Part shown: positions 9,516-18,440 of the stretch, piece by piece
Layout of the letters: every line of letters begins with the position of its first letter
How positions within the stretch are numbered: the stretch's first letter is position 1
From: a virus
Strand: one strand, 5' to 3'
IMG/VR virus record: IMGVR_UViG_3300007513_000010
Length of the DNA stretch: 64,000 nucleotides
The notes under the pieces: model-generated
What the model was told of the DNA's origin: nothing
What the model saw: the letters and a program-made list of their open reading frames with translations, nothing else
Database searches by the model: none
Made by a program: the position numbers and the translations under genes

Positions 9516-9916
9516 GTTGGCTGATAGTTAAAAAGGTACTAAAAGAGTCTTGGATTTGGCTAAAAGAACATTGGCAACTGCCGTTCTTGTTTGTATGGAC
9601 GATCGTGGTATATGTTTTAACCAGAAGAAACACAGACTCTTTAATAGAGGTGGTGGAAGCCAAAAAAGAGTCTTACAGGAGGCAAGTTGAAGCTTTACGA
9701 AAAAGTCACAATGATGAACTGTTAAGAAGAGATTCCCTGGAAGACAAGTATGAAAAGGTTTTAGAAGAAGTCGAAAGAAAATTCGAATCAGAAGAAAAAA
9801 GAATATCAGAAGAAAACAAAAATAAGATAAAAGAAGTAATAGTTAAATCAAAAGGAAATTCAGATGAAATTAGAAAAAGAATTGAAGAGGAATTTGGGTT
9901 CAGGTTTGTGGAATAA
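9512..9916 (+). CDS. N-terminal TM + coiled-coil protein (i-spanin-like)
   Basis: ATGA overlap with the holin-like gene; TM LPFLFVWTIVVYVL followed by a charged coiled coil. Confidence 0.45.
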   Translation: MSWLIVKKVLKESWIWLKEHWQLPFLFVWTIVVYVLTRRNTDSLIEVVEAKKESYRRQVEALRKSHNDELLRRDSLEDKYEKVLEEVERKFESEEKRISEENKNKIKEVIVKSKGNSDEIRKRIEEEFGFRFVE

Positions 9917-10379
9917 GATTTTTGCGTTTGGTCTTATCGCGACGCTTTCTCTTCCTGTCTACGCGCAACCCAACACTAATGATATTCCTCTGCCGCCCGT
10001 TTCGTTTTCTCGAGTTACTGATGGGGAAATATTAAATAGTATCGGCCTTGACCCAATTGGTGGAGCATGGTGCTATGACGATGAGGCAAATGCCATTCTT
10101 ATTACCGCCCCAGCAAGAGAGAGGTCCAAATGCGAACTCAAACTTATGTACGAACTAGAGAAGCAAAAAGTTAAATATCAGTTTGAGATTGATAAATTAA
10201 AACTAAGAGTCGACACGCTAACCAACCAACACAGGGAAATCAACCTTATAAAAGATAGAGAGATCGACCGCTTAACCGAAGCGGCAATAAAAAGGCCAAA
10301 TGATTATACTGCTTGGTGGGCAACAGGGGGTTTCGTGACAGGAGTTTTGACAACCCTGGCAGTAGTTTTATCTCTATGA
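9864..10379 (+). CDS. Secreted coiled-coil protein with C-terminal TM (spanin-like partner?)
   Basis: Signal-peptide-like IFAFGLIATLSLPVYA-QP, coiled coil, C-terminal WWATGGFVTGVLTTLAVVLSL. The true start may be TTG 9906. Confidence 0.45.
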   Translation: MKLEKELKRNLGSGLWNKIFAFGLIATLSLPVYAQPNTNDIPLPPVSFSRVTDGEILNSIGLDPIGGAWCYDDEANAILITAPARERSKCELKLMYELEKQKVKYQFEIDKLKLRVDTLTNQHREINLIKDREIDRLTEAAIKRPNDYTAWWATGGFVTGVLTTLAVVLSL

Positions 10380-10711
10380 CAGACAAAAAAGATTACAATA
10401 AGATAGCTAAAATCGAAAAAGCGATCGCTGAAAAATATGGCAAGGAAGCAACAAAGAACCCTAAGTCCGGATGGAACCAGCAGAAAGAAAAAGAGCACTT
10501 AAAGAGTCTTAAAAAGTTTTATAAAAGAAAAGAAAATAAACTTCGCACACCAAAGGAAGAAAAGGGATCCAGAACCTGTCCGGTTTGTGAAACCTATTCA
10601 CTAGATTTGTCAGATGATATTTATATGAGTAAATATTGTTGTTGTTTTCGTTGTTTTATACAGTATGTCGAAGACAGAGAAGAAAGGTGGCTTTCTGGGT
10701 GGCGCCCTTAA
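10376..10711 (+). CDS. Hypothetical protein with Zn-binding Cys motifs
   Basis: ATGA overlap with the previous stop; CPVC...CCCFRC. Confidence 0.6.
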   Translation: MTDKKDYNKIAKIEKAIAEKYGKEATKNPKSGWNQQKEKEHLKSLKKFYKRKENKLRTPKEEKGSRTCPVCETYSLDLSDDIYMSKYCCCFRCFIQYVEDREERWLSGWRP

Positions 10712-10769
10712 TTAATTATTTATTGCTAAGTTCAAAATACGGAACTATTTATTAGGAGGAGTGCAAAAT

Positions 10770-11279
10770 ATGGCAACAACATTAGAAATTGTAAATGGAA
10801 TCTCCCAAGTGATGGCCAACTCACACGACGGAGCAACAAATGATAAATTCGAACCTTTATTGGTAGGACTAGAAAGAGAAGAGGGGAACCCTATTACTGA
10901 TTCCAGGGTTGTAGATGGTTTCTCAGTAAGAATCCATGGTGGGAACAGGCTGTGCATATACTACAACCTAGAGCCCCCGCTCAAAGAGGTTCACGGAAGT
11001 TCTTTCGAATCGGATATAGAATCGAGAATAGAGAAAATAAAGTCATTTATCCAAAAAGAATATAAATCTATTACTGGGCGCGCCCTATCACTATCAGATC
11101 CGGAGGAGGTCAAAGTTGTCGTAGAGTATCTTTCTAGAATAAGGACTTCGGTAAGGGCGCACAAAAGCTATAAGATAGGGGGAGTGACCTCAGAGCCAGT
11201 GGGCGAAGAGAGCGAAGATCGATTAGAAGATTCTTTTAAAAAGTGGCTTTCACAGGGTAAGAACGACAAGTTGTTCTAA
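10770..11279 (+). CDS. Hypothetical protein immediately upstream of terminase
   Basis: SD AGGAGG; ACTATTTA at 10744-10751; TAATG overlap with the terminase gene. Confidence 0.65.
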   Translation: MATTLEIVNGISQVMANSHDGATNDKFEPLLVGLEREEGNPITDSRVVDGFSVRIHGGNRLCIYYNLEPPLKEVHGSSFESDIESRIEKIKSFIQKEYKSITGRALSLSDPEEVKVVVEYLSRIRTSVRAHKSYKIGGVTSEPVGEESEDRLEDSFKKWLSQGKNDKLF

Positions 11280-12865
11280 TGGTTTTTCGACTAACCAAAA
11301 AACAAATAATAAAAGAAATTCTGAAATGCGGCAAGCAGCCAGATTATTTTATAAACAATTATTGTAAAATCACCCATCCTCAAAAAGGGCTAGTCCCCTT
11401 TCACTTATATGACTTTCAAAGAGATTTAGTAGAAAAATTTCAAGATCACAGGTTTAATGTTATATTAAAGGCCCGCCAGTTGGGCATATCCACTATTACG
11501 GCGGCCTATGTGGTTTGGCTGATGCTTTTCCATAGAGAGAAGAATGTCCTGGTCATCGCGACCAAATTTCACACGGCAGCAAACTTGGTTAAAAAGGTGA
11601 AAACGATCATAAGAACGTTACCAGAGTGGCTGCAGATTTCAAAAGTCAGTATAGACAACAGAACTTCATTCGAATTAACAAACGGCTCTCAAATAAAAGC
11701 CTCATCGACTTCTGCCGATGCGGGTCGCTCAGAGGCATTATCTCTTTTAGTGGTTGACGAGGCTGCACATGTTGAAAACCTTTCTGAATTATGGGTTGGC
11801 TTGTATCCCACACTTTCTACTGGCGGCCGCTGCATAGCCCTCTCTACTCCAAATGGTGTAGGTAACTGGTTTCACAGGACGTATGTGGACTCTGAATCTG
11901 GTTCAAATGACTTTTTTCCAACAAAATTGCCATGGGATCTACATCCAGACAGAGATGAAGAATGGTTTGAAAAAGAAACAAAAAACATGTCTAGAAGAGA
12001 AATCGCCCAAGAGCTAGAGTGCAACTTCAATATGTCAGGCGAGGGGGTTTTTGATCCTACGGATCTCGAACGCTTGCAAGCATCAATTTTAGATCCAAAA
12101 TATAGAACTGGCGTAGACAGAAACTATTGGATATGGCAAGAGTATGATCCCTCCGCGACCTACCTGTTAACAGCAGATGTGGCAAGAGGAGACGGACAAG
12201 ATTTTTCGGTGTTTCATGTATTTAAACTTGAAACAATGGAATTGGTAGCAGAATACAGGGGAAAATTAACACCCGACTTGTTCTCTAGGGTGGTGCATGA
12301 CGCTGGAAGAGAGTACGGAAATTGCTTGTTGGTTGTGGAAAACAATTCAGTTGGTTTTGCGGTTCTTGAGAAGCTAAAGGAGTACAATTATCCTAATTTA
12401 TATTATTCAATAAAGTCTACTCATGAGTTCGTAGAACAATATCAGGCAGAAGTTATGAACAATTCAGTCGCCGGGTTTACCATGACTTCCAAAACAAGAC
12501 CCTTGGTTATAGCGAAGATGGAAGAATTTATTAGAAATGACCTAATTAAAATATACTCGCCAAGATTGCTGAGCGAGATGAAAACTTTTATTTGGCACAA
12601 TGGAAAGCCAGAAGCTATGAGATCATATAACGACGATTTAGTAATTGCTTGCGCCATCGGGTGCTGGATAAGGGACACGGCTTTGGTTGTCAATCAAAGA
12701 GATGCCGAATACAAGAAAGCTATGTTATCTTCGATAACTAAATATAATAACAATTTAGATACCGCAATTAACGGTATGATTAAGCAAAAAAATACCAAAA
12801 TGTATGATAGGATAAAAGAGCACAGTAAGAACGTTGATAACTATTCGTGGCTGTATAAAGGATAA
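11279..12865 (+). CDS. Terminase large subunit (T4 gp17-like)
   Basis: LYDFQ Q-motif, KARQLGIST Walker A, LLVVDEAA Walker B, STPNG, nuclease ADVARG and DDLV. Confidence 0.95.
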   Translation: MVFRLTKKQIIKEILKCGKQPDYFINNYCKITHPQKGLVPFHLYDFQRDLVEKFQDHRFNVILKARQLGISTITAAYVVWLMLFHREKNVLVIATKFHTAANLVKKVKTIIRTLPEWLQISKVSIDNRTSFELTNGSQIKASSTSADAGRSEALSLLVVDEAAHVENLSELWVGLYPTLSTGGRCIALSTPNGVGNWFHRTYVDSESGSNDFFPTKLPWDLHPDRDEEWFEKETKNMSRREIAQELECNFNMSGEGVFDPTDLERLQASILDPKYRTGVDRNYWIWQEYDPSATYLLTADVARGDGQDFSVFHVFKLETMELVAEYRGKLTPDLFSRVVHDAGREYGNCLLVVENNSVGFAVLEKLKEYNYPNLYYSIKSTHEFVEQYQAEVMNNSVAGFTMTSKTRPLVIAKMEEFIRNDLIKIYSPRLLSEMKTFIWHNGKPEAMRSYNDDLVIACAIGCWIRDTALVVNQRDAEYKKAMLSSITKYNNNLDTAINGMIKQKNTKMYDRIKEHSKNVDNYSWLYKG

Positions 12866-12873
12866 GAGGTTTA

Positions 12874-14877
12874 ATGGCTGAGAAAAAAACAAGTAGAAAC
12901 CCGGACAGTTTACTCTTTAGGAGGCTTACTCGCCTTTTATCGGGCCCACTAACAAATTATAGAACACAAACAAACCACAGACTAAGAAGAATTGATTTAG
13001 ACAAGTATGCACAAAGGTTTGTTTCGGTCAGCGGCCGCCAATTTAAGAAAACGGCCTATGATCCCTATGCCAACCTACAGGCAAATGTCTTAGCAGCACA
13101 GCAGCGTACAGAAAGGTACGTAGATTTTGATCAAATGGAATACACTCCTGAGATTGCATCGGCTTTAGATATTTATGCAGACGAAATGACCACTCATAGC
13201 AAGATACAACCCTTGTTGAATATCGATTGCCATAACGAAGAAATAAAGTCAATTCTTGAATCGCTATATTATAACATTATCAACATAGAATATAATCTTT
13301 TTACCTGGTGTCGCTCGATGTGTAAGTATGGAGACTTCTTTTTATACATGGATATCGATGAGATTAGAGGAATCCAGAGCGTGATAGGGTTACCTTCGCA
13401 AGAAGTGGAAAGAATGGAAGGAGAAGATAAATCAAATCCAAACTATGTGCAGTTTCAGTGGAACTCTGCAGGGATGACGTTTGAGAATTGGCAAGTAGCA
13501 CACTTTAGAATATTGGGAAATGATAAGTATAACCCATACGGAACAAGCACTCTGGAGCCCGCCCGCCGTATTTGGAGACAACTAACATTATTAGAAGACG
13601 CGATGATGGCGTATCGAATTGTTAGATCTCCAGAGAGAAGAGCCTTCTATATTGATGTAGGCAATGTTCCCCCACAGGACGTTGAACAATTTATGCAAAA
13701 GGCTATGACCCAAATGAAGAGGAATCAAGTAGTTGACCCCACTACTGGCCGTGTGGACTTAAGGTATAATCCGATGTCGATAGAGGAGGACTATTTTATA
13801 CCTGTGCGAGGTCAAATGAGTGGAACCAAGATAGAATCTATTAAGGGAGGACAATACACCGGAGACATTGATGATGTCAAATACCTGAGAGACAAGCTGT
13901 TCTCTGCCTTGAAGATACCTCCGTCTTATTTAGCTAGGTCGACAGAAGGAGGAGAAGAGGATAAAAGCACTTTAGCCCAAAAGGATATTCGCTTTGCAAG
14001 AACGGTACAAAGACTTCAAAGGTCGGTAACTACGGAACTTGAAAAGATAGGAATTGTTCACTTGTATGTTCTGGGATATAGGGAGGAGGATCTGGTTTCA
14101 TTTAAGATCAACCTGAATAACCCTTCAAAAATTGCAGAACTTCAAGAACTAGAGCACTGGAAGACCAAGTTTGAAGTCGCGACAGGCGCCACCGAAGGAT
14201 TTTTTAGCAAAAGATGGCTGGCTCAAAAGATGTTTGGTATGACTCAGGATGAGTTTGTGAGAAATAGAAGAGAGATGTACAATGATCGAAGGTTTGATGC
14301 TGCTCTCGAATCGGCCGGCGAGATGGAGCAAGCTGCCCAAACAGCAGGCGCCGACGCCGGCGCAATGGGAGCCGAGCCCGGAGGTATGGGCGGCGTCGGA
14401 CCCGAGGCTGAGCTGGGTGGAGACATGGGTATGGGTGGCGAAGGTGGAATGGAGGCACCCGGCGACGCCGGCGGAGAGGCTGCACCAGAACCAGAAGCAG
14501 AGGGCGCTTTATTGGCCGCACCCGGCAAGAGAGACGATGATACTTTTAAGTGGGTCACTCCTGACGGCCGTACAACCACCTCACGATCAAAAGGCAAGAA
14601 ATATACACCACGAGACAAGAAGGGAGGAGACAGAAGAAAAACATCCGGCCCTAGAAAGAAAACATATAAAGGATCTTATGCCTCTGAGAAGTCCAAATCC
14701 ACCCCAAGGAACGTTTTTCCGGGGGCGCTGGATTTAATGAGTATAGGTAGGGGGATTTATGAGAATAAAGAAACTACTTATAGTAGAGAAGAGAAAGAAA
14801 TTTTAACTTTAAACTTAGAATTAAAACAGTTGCACGAATCATTAAAATCGAGGAAAAAAGATGAGACTAAAACATAA
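12874..14877 (+). CDS. Portal protein (T4 gp20-like)
   Basis: LLEDAMMAYRIVRSPERRAFYIDVGN, EEDYFIP, DIDDVKY motifs typical of gp20; long low-complexity C-terminal tail. Confidence 0.95.
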   Translation: MAEKKTSRNPDSLLFRRLTRLLSGPLTNYRTQTNHRLRRIDLDKYAQRFVSVSGRQFKKTAYDPYANLQANVLAAQQRTERYVDFDQMEYTPEIASALDIYADEMTTHSKIQPLLNIDCHNEEIKSILESLYYNIINIEYNLFTWCRSMCKYGDFFLYMDIDEIRGIQSVIGLPSQEVERMEGEDKSNPNYVQFQWNSAGMTFENWQVAHFRILGNDKYNPYGTSTLEPARRIWRQLTLLEDAMMAYRIVRSPERRAFYIDVGNVPPQDVEQFMQKAMTQMKRNQVVDPTTGRVDLRYNPMSIEEDYFIPVRGQMSGTKIESIKGGQYTGDIDDVKYLRDKLFSALKIPPSYLARSTEGGEEDKSTLAQKDIRFARTVQRLQRSVTTELEKIGIVHLYVLGYREEDLVSFKINLNNPSKIAELQELEHWKTKFEVATGATEGFFSKRWLAQKMFGMTQDEFVRNRREMYNDRRFDAALESAGEMEQAAQTAGADAGAMGAEPGGMGGVGPEAELGGDMGMGGEGGMEAPGDAGGEAAPEPEAEGALLAAPGKRDDDTFKWVTPDGRTTTSRSKGKKYTPRDKKGGDRRKTSGPRKKTYKGSYASEKSKSTPRNVFPGALDLMSIGRGIYENKETTYSREEKEILTLNLELKQLHESLKSRKKDETKT

Positions 14878-15685
14878 TAAGAAAAGAAATACTGCGTTTG
14901 TTTATGAGGCTTTAATCCGAGAATTGACAACTTCAATTATTAAGAAAAACAGAAACAAACAAAACAAGATCGTTTCAATTATAAAGGAGCATTTTCATTC
15001 CGAAAGTTCTTTGAATGAAGAGTTGGGGCTTTATCGGTCTATTTACGAGACAACAGAGATAGATAAGAACCTCGCAGAGAAAATAGTAAGTGAGGCAAAA
15101 GTCTGTTATTCTAAATTGGATAAAAAGAAAATTTTCAAGGAACAAAGTAATCTCATAAACAAGATTAATCGAGTTTTATCTAATAAGATATTCACAAAAT
15201 TTGTACCAAATTATAAGAGCTTGGCATCTGTATATTCTATTTTTAATGAAAAGCTTCCAGTTCACGACAGAGTTCTTTTAGAAGAAAGGATAGTGGGTCA
15301 GATGTCATCCTCAGTCGACCACCCGACAGAAGATATAAAGGAGCCAATAGACAACATTGTTTACAAAACATTCACAGAGCAGTTTAACAAAGAATACTCA
15401 GAAGGGTTGCTAGAGGAACAGAAAGAGCTGCTAACAAGATACATTTCATCCTTTTCAGACAATTCTTTGTCTCTGAAGATTTTTTTGAACGAGGAGGTTG
15501 GAAGGTTAAGGGGGATTCTCGAAACTTCCAGGACAAAAGAGTTGGTGACTAGCAATCCTGATATCGACAAAAAGATTACAGAAGTGCTAGAGATACTTGA
15601 ATCATACAAAAAAGTAGCAATAAACGAAGACATGATGGAAGAAGTGTTAAAGATTCAGAAGCTTGCAGCGGAGCTAGGTGAGTAA
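14861..15685 (+). CDS. Hypothetical head-module protein
   Basis: Helical 274-aa ORF between portal and protease; ACTACTTA at 14773-14780. Confidence 0.65.
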   Translation: MRLKHNKKRNTAFVYEALIRELTTSIIKKNRNKQNKIVSIIKEHFHSESSLNEELGLYRSIYETTEIDKNLAEKIVSEAKVCYSKLDKKKIFKEQSNLINKINRVLSNKIFTKFVPNYKSLASVYSIFNEKLPVHDRVLLEERIVGQMSSSVDHPTEDIKEPIDNIVYKTFTEQFNKEYSEGLLEEQKELLTRYISSFSDNSLSLKIFLNEEVGRLRGILETSRTKELVTSNPDIDKKITEVLEILESYKKVAINEDMMEEVLKIQKLAAELGE

Positions 15686-15688
15686 GCT

Positions 15689-16237
15689 ATGTCGATAGAT
15701 GTAAAGATAAAAGGGATCCCAGTTCCGATTCATTTAAGTGCCCGCCGCACTTTGGATGGAAATATCTTAATTCTTGACCACGAAGATCTAGATATTGTTG
15801 TAATGAAAGAAAAAAAGAAGTGTATTTCTTTCCCAAAGAACGAGATGTCTGATAAGGTTTATTCTTCACAAGACAGGATGTACAAGTTTCTTGTAAAAAA
15901 GGGTGTGGTTGACCCCGGGTCGATTAGGGGAGGTAATGTATATGGCTCTCTTGAAGCCGATATTATAGAGTCCTCAATCCCGGGCGTAGATTCAATCCAA
16001 GCTACTTTATATAGCTTGTATGAATACGTTAAGGAGGAGCGTCCATATTTTGGTAATCTGAAGAAGATTGAAGATGATCATCTCGACCATGTGCTGCATC
16101 CTGATTCTGAACACTCTACTGAGTTGGGAGACGTACCGCACGCTGCAAAGAAGGGGTCTCACGATTCTCGTGTGCGTCCGTTTGGTATGATGTATAATTA
16201 TTCTGTATTGCGAGAAAGCGAAGGCGAGGAAGATTGA
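15689..16237 (+). CDS. Hypothetical protein
   Basis: 182-aa ORF tightly packed in the head operon. Confidence 0.6.
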   Translation: MSIDVKIKGIPVPIHLSARRTLDGNILILDHEDLDIVVMKEKKKCISFPKNEMSDKVYSSQDRMYKFLVKKGVVDPGSIRGGNVYGSLEADIIESSIPGVDSIQATLYSLYEYVKEERPYFGNLKKIEDDHLDHVLHPDSEHSTELGDVPHAAKKGSHDSRVRPFGMMYNYSVLRESEGEED

Positions 16238-16590
16238 GTTTATTATATTTTGTATTAATTGCTTTTGGGTTTACTCAGATTATAGTATATGGGAAGATTT
16301 TAGATAAAGTTCGCCCTACACGAGGGTGGTTTGCAGAGCTTTTATCCTGTCCTATGTGTGTGGGTTTTCATGTTGGTTGGATTTTGTGGTTGTTTAACGA
16401 TTATACTGAACTATTTACTTATGATTATAGTTTGGCGACGGGATTCGGTTTGGCATGTTTGAGCTCAGGTACAAGTTATATATTAAACATGATCTTTGGA
16501 GATTGTGGCATAAAGATTGATTTAGGAGGTAAACATGAGACCATTGACAAAAATAAGATGGATGATTCGACCGGTCGCCAATTGTTGTAA
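16234..16590 (+). CDS. Small membrane protein with CxxC (DUF1360-like)
   Basis: Hydrophobic segments and ELLSCPMCVGFHVG motif. Confidence 0.55.
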   Translation: MSLLYFVLIAFGFTQIIVYGKILDKVRPTRGWFAELLSCPMCVGFHVGWILWLFNDYTELFTYDYSLATGFGLACLSSGTSYILNMIFGDCGIKIDLGGKHETIDKNKMDDSTGRQLL

Positions 16591-16600
16591 AGGATCATAG
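16535..16600 (+). CDS. Putative 21-aa peptide MRPLTKIRWMIRPVANCCKGS (absent from ORF track)
   Basis: Full SD AGGAGGT 4 nt before ATG 16535; TAG at 16598-16600; followed by a GCGGG/CCCGC hairpin. Confidence 0.5.
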   Translation: MRPLTKIRWMIRPVANCCKGS

Positions 16601-16646
16601 TTGATGCGGGTGGCCCCCGCTTTTAGAGTTGGAGTATTTATAAGAG

Positions 16647-17249
16647 ATGAAACTGTTAAGAGAATATTACGAATTATGTGAAGGTGGTATATGCCAGGAT
16701 TTGCTAACTGAAGACGAAAAACGTCGAGTGGCAAATGGTGCTATTATCTTATCGGGTGTTATGCAGATGGCTGAAACTCAAAATGGCAATGGTCGCATAT
16801 ATCCCCGAAGTGTCCTGATGAGAGAGGTCAAAAATTATAAGAAAATGGTGGAAGAGAGGAGAGCCTTGGGAGAATTAGATCACCCAGATTCTTCTGTTAT
16901 AAACTTGGCTAACTGTTCTCACTTGGTCACAGAGATTTGGTCGGATGGGGACAAGGTCATGGGAAAGATAGAAGTTTTGAACACTCCTTCTGGAAATGTA
17001 TTGAAGTCTTTGATAACAGCCGGCGTAAAGTTGGGAATTTCTTCAAGGGGAATGGGCTCAGTTAAAGAATCAAATGGTGCGACCATGGTCGAAGATGATT
17101 TCACTTTAATTTGTTTTGATATGGTTTCGGATCCTTCCACCCCAGGCGCTTTTATGATGAAGGAGGCCCGCGAGAAGCCGAATATATTTACAAAAGCAGA
17201 CAAAATTAGCAGATCTTTGAATGAGATATTATATAAGCGTGAAAAATGA
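16647..17249 (+). CDS. Prohead core protease (T4 gp21-like)
   Basis: NGNGRIYP, ALGELDHP, SHLV, GISSRGMGS and DMVSDPS motifs. Confidence 0.95.
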   Translation: MKLLREYYELCEGGICQDLLTEDEKRRVANGAIILSGVMQMAETQNGNGRIYPRSVLMREVKNYKKMVEERRALGELDHPDSSVINLANCSHLVTEIWSDGDKVMGKIEVLNTPSGNVLKSLITAGVKLGISSRGMGSVKESNGATMVEDDFTLICFDMVSDPSTPGAFMMKEAREKPNIFTKADKISRSLNEILYKREK

Positions 17250-17668
17250 AGAAATCAGAACTTAAAGAAATGATAAAAGACTGTGTGAAGGAGGTTCTTT
17301 TTGAGGAGGGGACGCTTTCGACAATTATTGCAGAAGTTGCTTATGGGCTTACTTCCGCAAGGTCTTTGGTGGAAAAGCAAAACACTGTGGAGGTTGTGCA
17401 GCCTGCAAAAGACAATTCTCTTAATTTGTCGCAGCAGGCTCAGCGCAAAAAACTAGAAGAGACGAAAAAAAAGATGCTGGACGCTATAGGAAACTCTTCA
17501 ATGAAGGGGATCTTTGAGGGGACAGAACCTTTGAGATCTGGTGGTGCTCCGAACTCAGAAACTTCACCTTCTTCGCCGCTTTCACATATTGCACCGGGCG
17601 ACGCGGGTGTTGATATATCTGGAATCTTAAACATTGCAGGGTCTAGCTGGGAAAGGTTAAAAAAATAG
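17246..17668 (+). CDS. Hypothetical head protein
   Basis: N-terminus MKKSELKEMIKDCVKEVLFEE resembles ORF 5918; ATGA-coupled to the protease gene. Confidence 0.65.
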   Translation: MKKSELKEMIKDCVKEVLFEEGTLSTIIAEVAYGLTSARSLVEKQNTVEVVQPAKDNSLNLSQQAQRKKLEETKKKMLDAIGNSSMKGIFEGTEPLRSGGAPNSETSPSSPLSHIAPGDAGVDISGILNIAGSSWERLKK

Positions 17669-17677
17669 GATTGTATA

Positions 17678-17902
17678 ATGGCAAAGCCAGTTCATGTTGA
17701 AGTATATATAAGAGACCAAGAGCAGTTTGCGAGAATGTTGAAGAAGTTTACGAGAAAGGTTAAGAAATCTGGCATTCTGGATGAAGTAAGAGAAAGAAGA
17801 CACTACACCAAAAAGTCAGAAAAGAGAAGATTGAAGAGGGCAAACAAAAAAAGACGCTCTCAAGAGTCAACAAATAAGCACAAAGAAAAGTTTAAAGACT
17901 AG
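17678..17902 (+). CDS. rpsU: Phage-encoded ribosomal protein bS21
   Basis: VxIRDQE-F-RMLKKFTRKVKKSGILDEVRERRHYTKKSEKRR matches the bS21 pattern (ALRRFKR..G...E.R.RE.YEKPS..R). Confidence 0.85.
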   Translation: MAKPVHVEVYIRDQEQFARMLKKFTRKVKKSGILDEVRERRHYTKKSEKRRLKRANKKRRSQESTNKHKEKFKD

Positions 17903-17927
17903 TTATACAATAGGAGAATAGTTTAAG

Positions 17928-18350
17928 ATGGCAGCAAGCACAAGCTCAGGATTTCATACACACAGTAGTTGGGGTAGAACGAGAAGACCAAAAAATATCG
18001 CAGGTGCAGATAAGACAGCGGTTGTTCACGTAGCATCCATTGCCGCGGCAAAGGCAATAACGGACGCCCAAATCGCGGCCGGCTCGACTAGTTTAGCTAA
18101 ATCAGCAAGTGGCGTGTATTCAACACAAAATCAAAGGTTTTTGCACTTAATTTCTAGCACCAATGGGACAGTTGTGAACGTTTGGGTTTTTCACTACGCC
18201 TCCGGTAAATGGTCTGAGTTGTTGATAGGCGCCGAAACTGTAACGCTTGCGGCAGCTAAAACAAAAATTATAGAAATCGCTGGGGCCGATTTAGTAGCAT
18301 TCAACGTCACTAATGCTTCGGATGTTCATGCCGCCTGTTCTACCTTCTAA
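17928..18350 (+). CDS. Hypothetical virion protein
   Basis: SD AGGAG; ACTAGTTA at 17898-17905; Ala/Ser/Thr-rich beta-type composition. Confidence 0.6.
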   Translation: MAASTSSGFHTHSSWGRTRRPKNIAGADKTAVVHVASIAAAKAITDAQIAAGSTSLAKSASGVYSTQNQRFLHLISSTNGTVVNVWVFHYASGKWSELLIGAETVTLAAAKTKIIEIAGADLVAFNVTNASDVHAACSTF

Positions 18351-18440
18351 ATTTTACTTCTTTTTATAAAACTAGTTACTAATTATAAGAGAATACTCTT
18401 TTTTGTATACGTATATTGAATTTCAGGAGTTAGTAATTAT

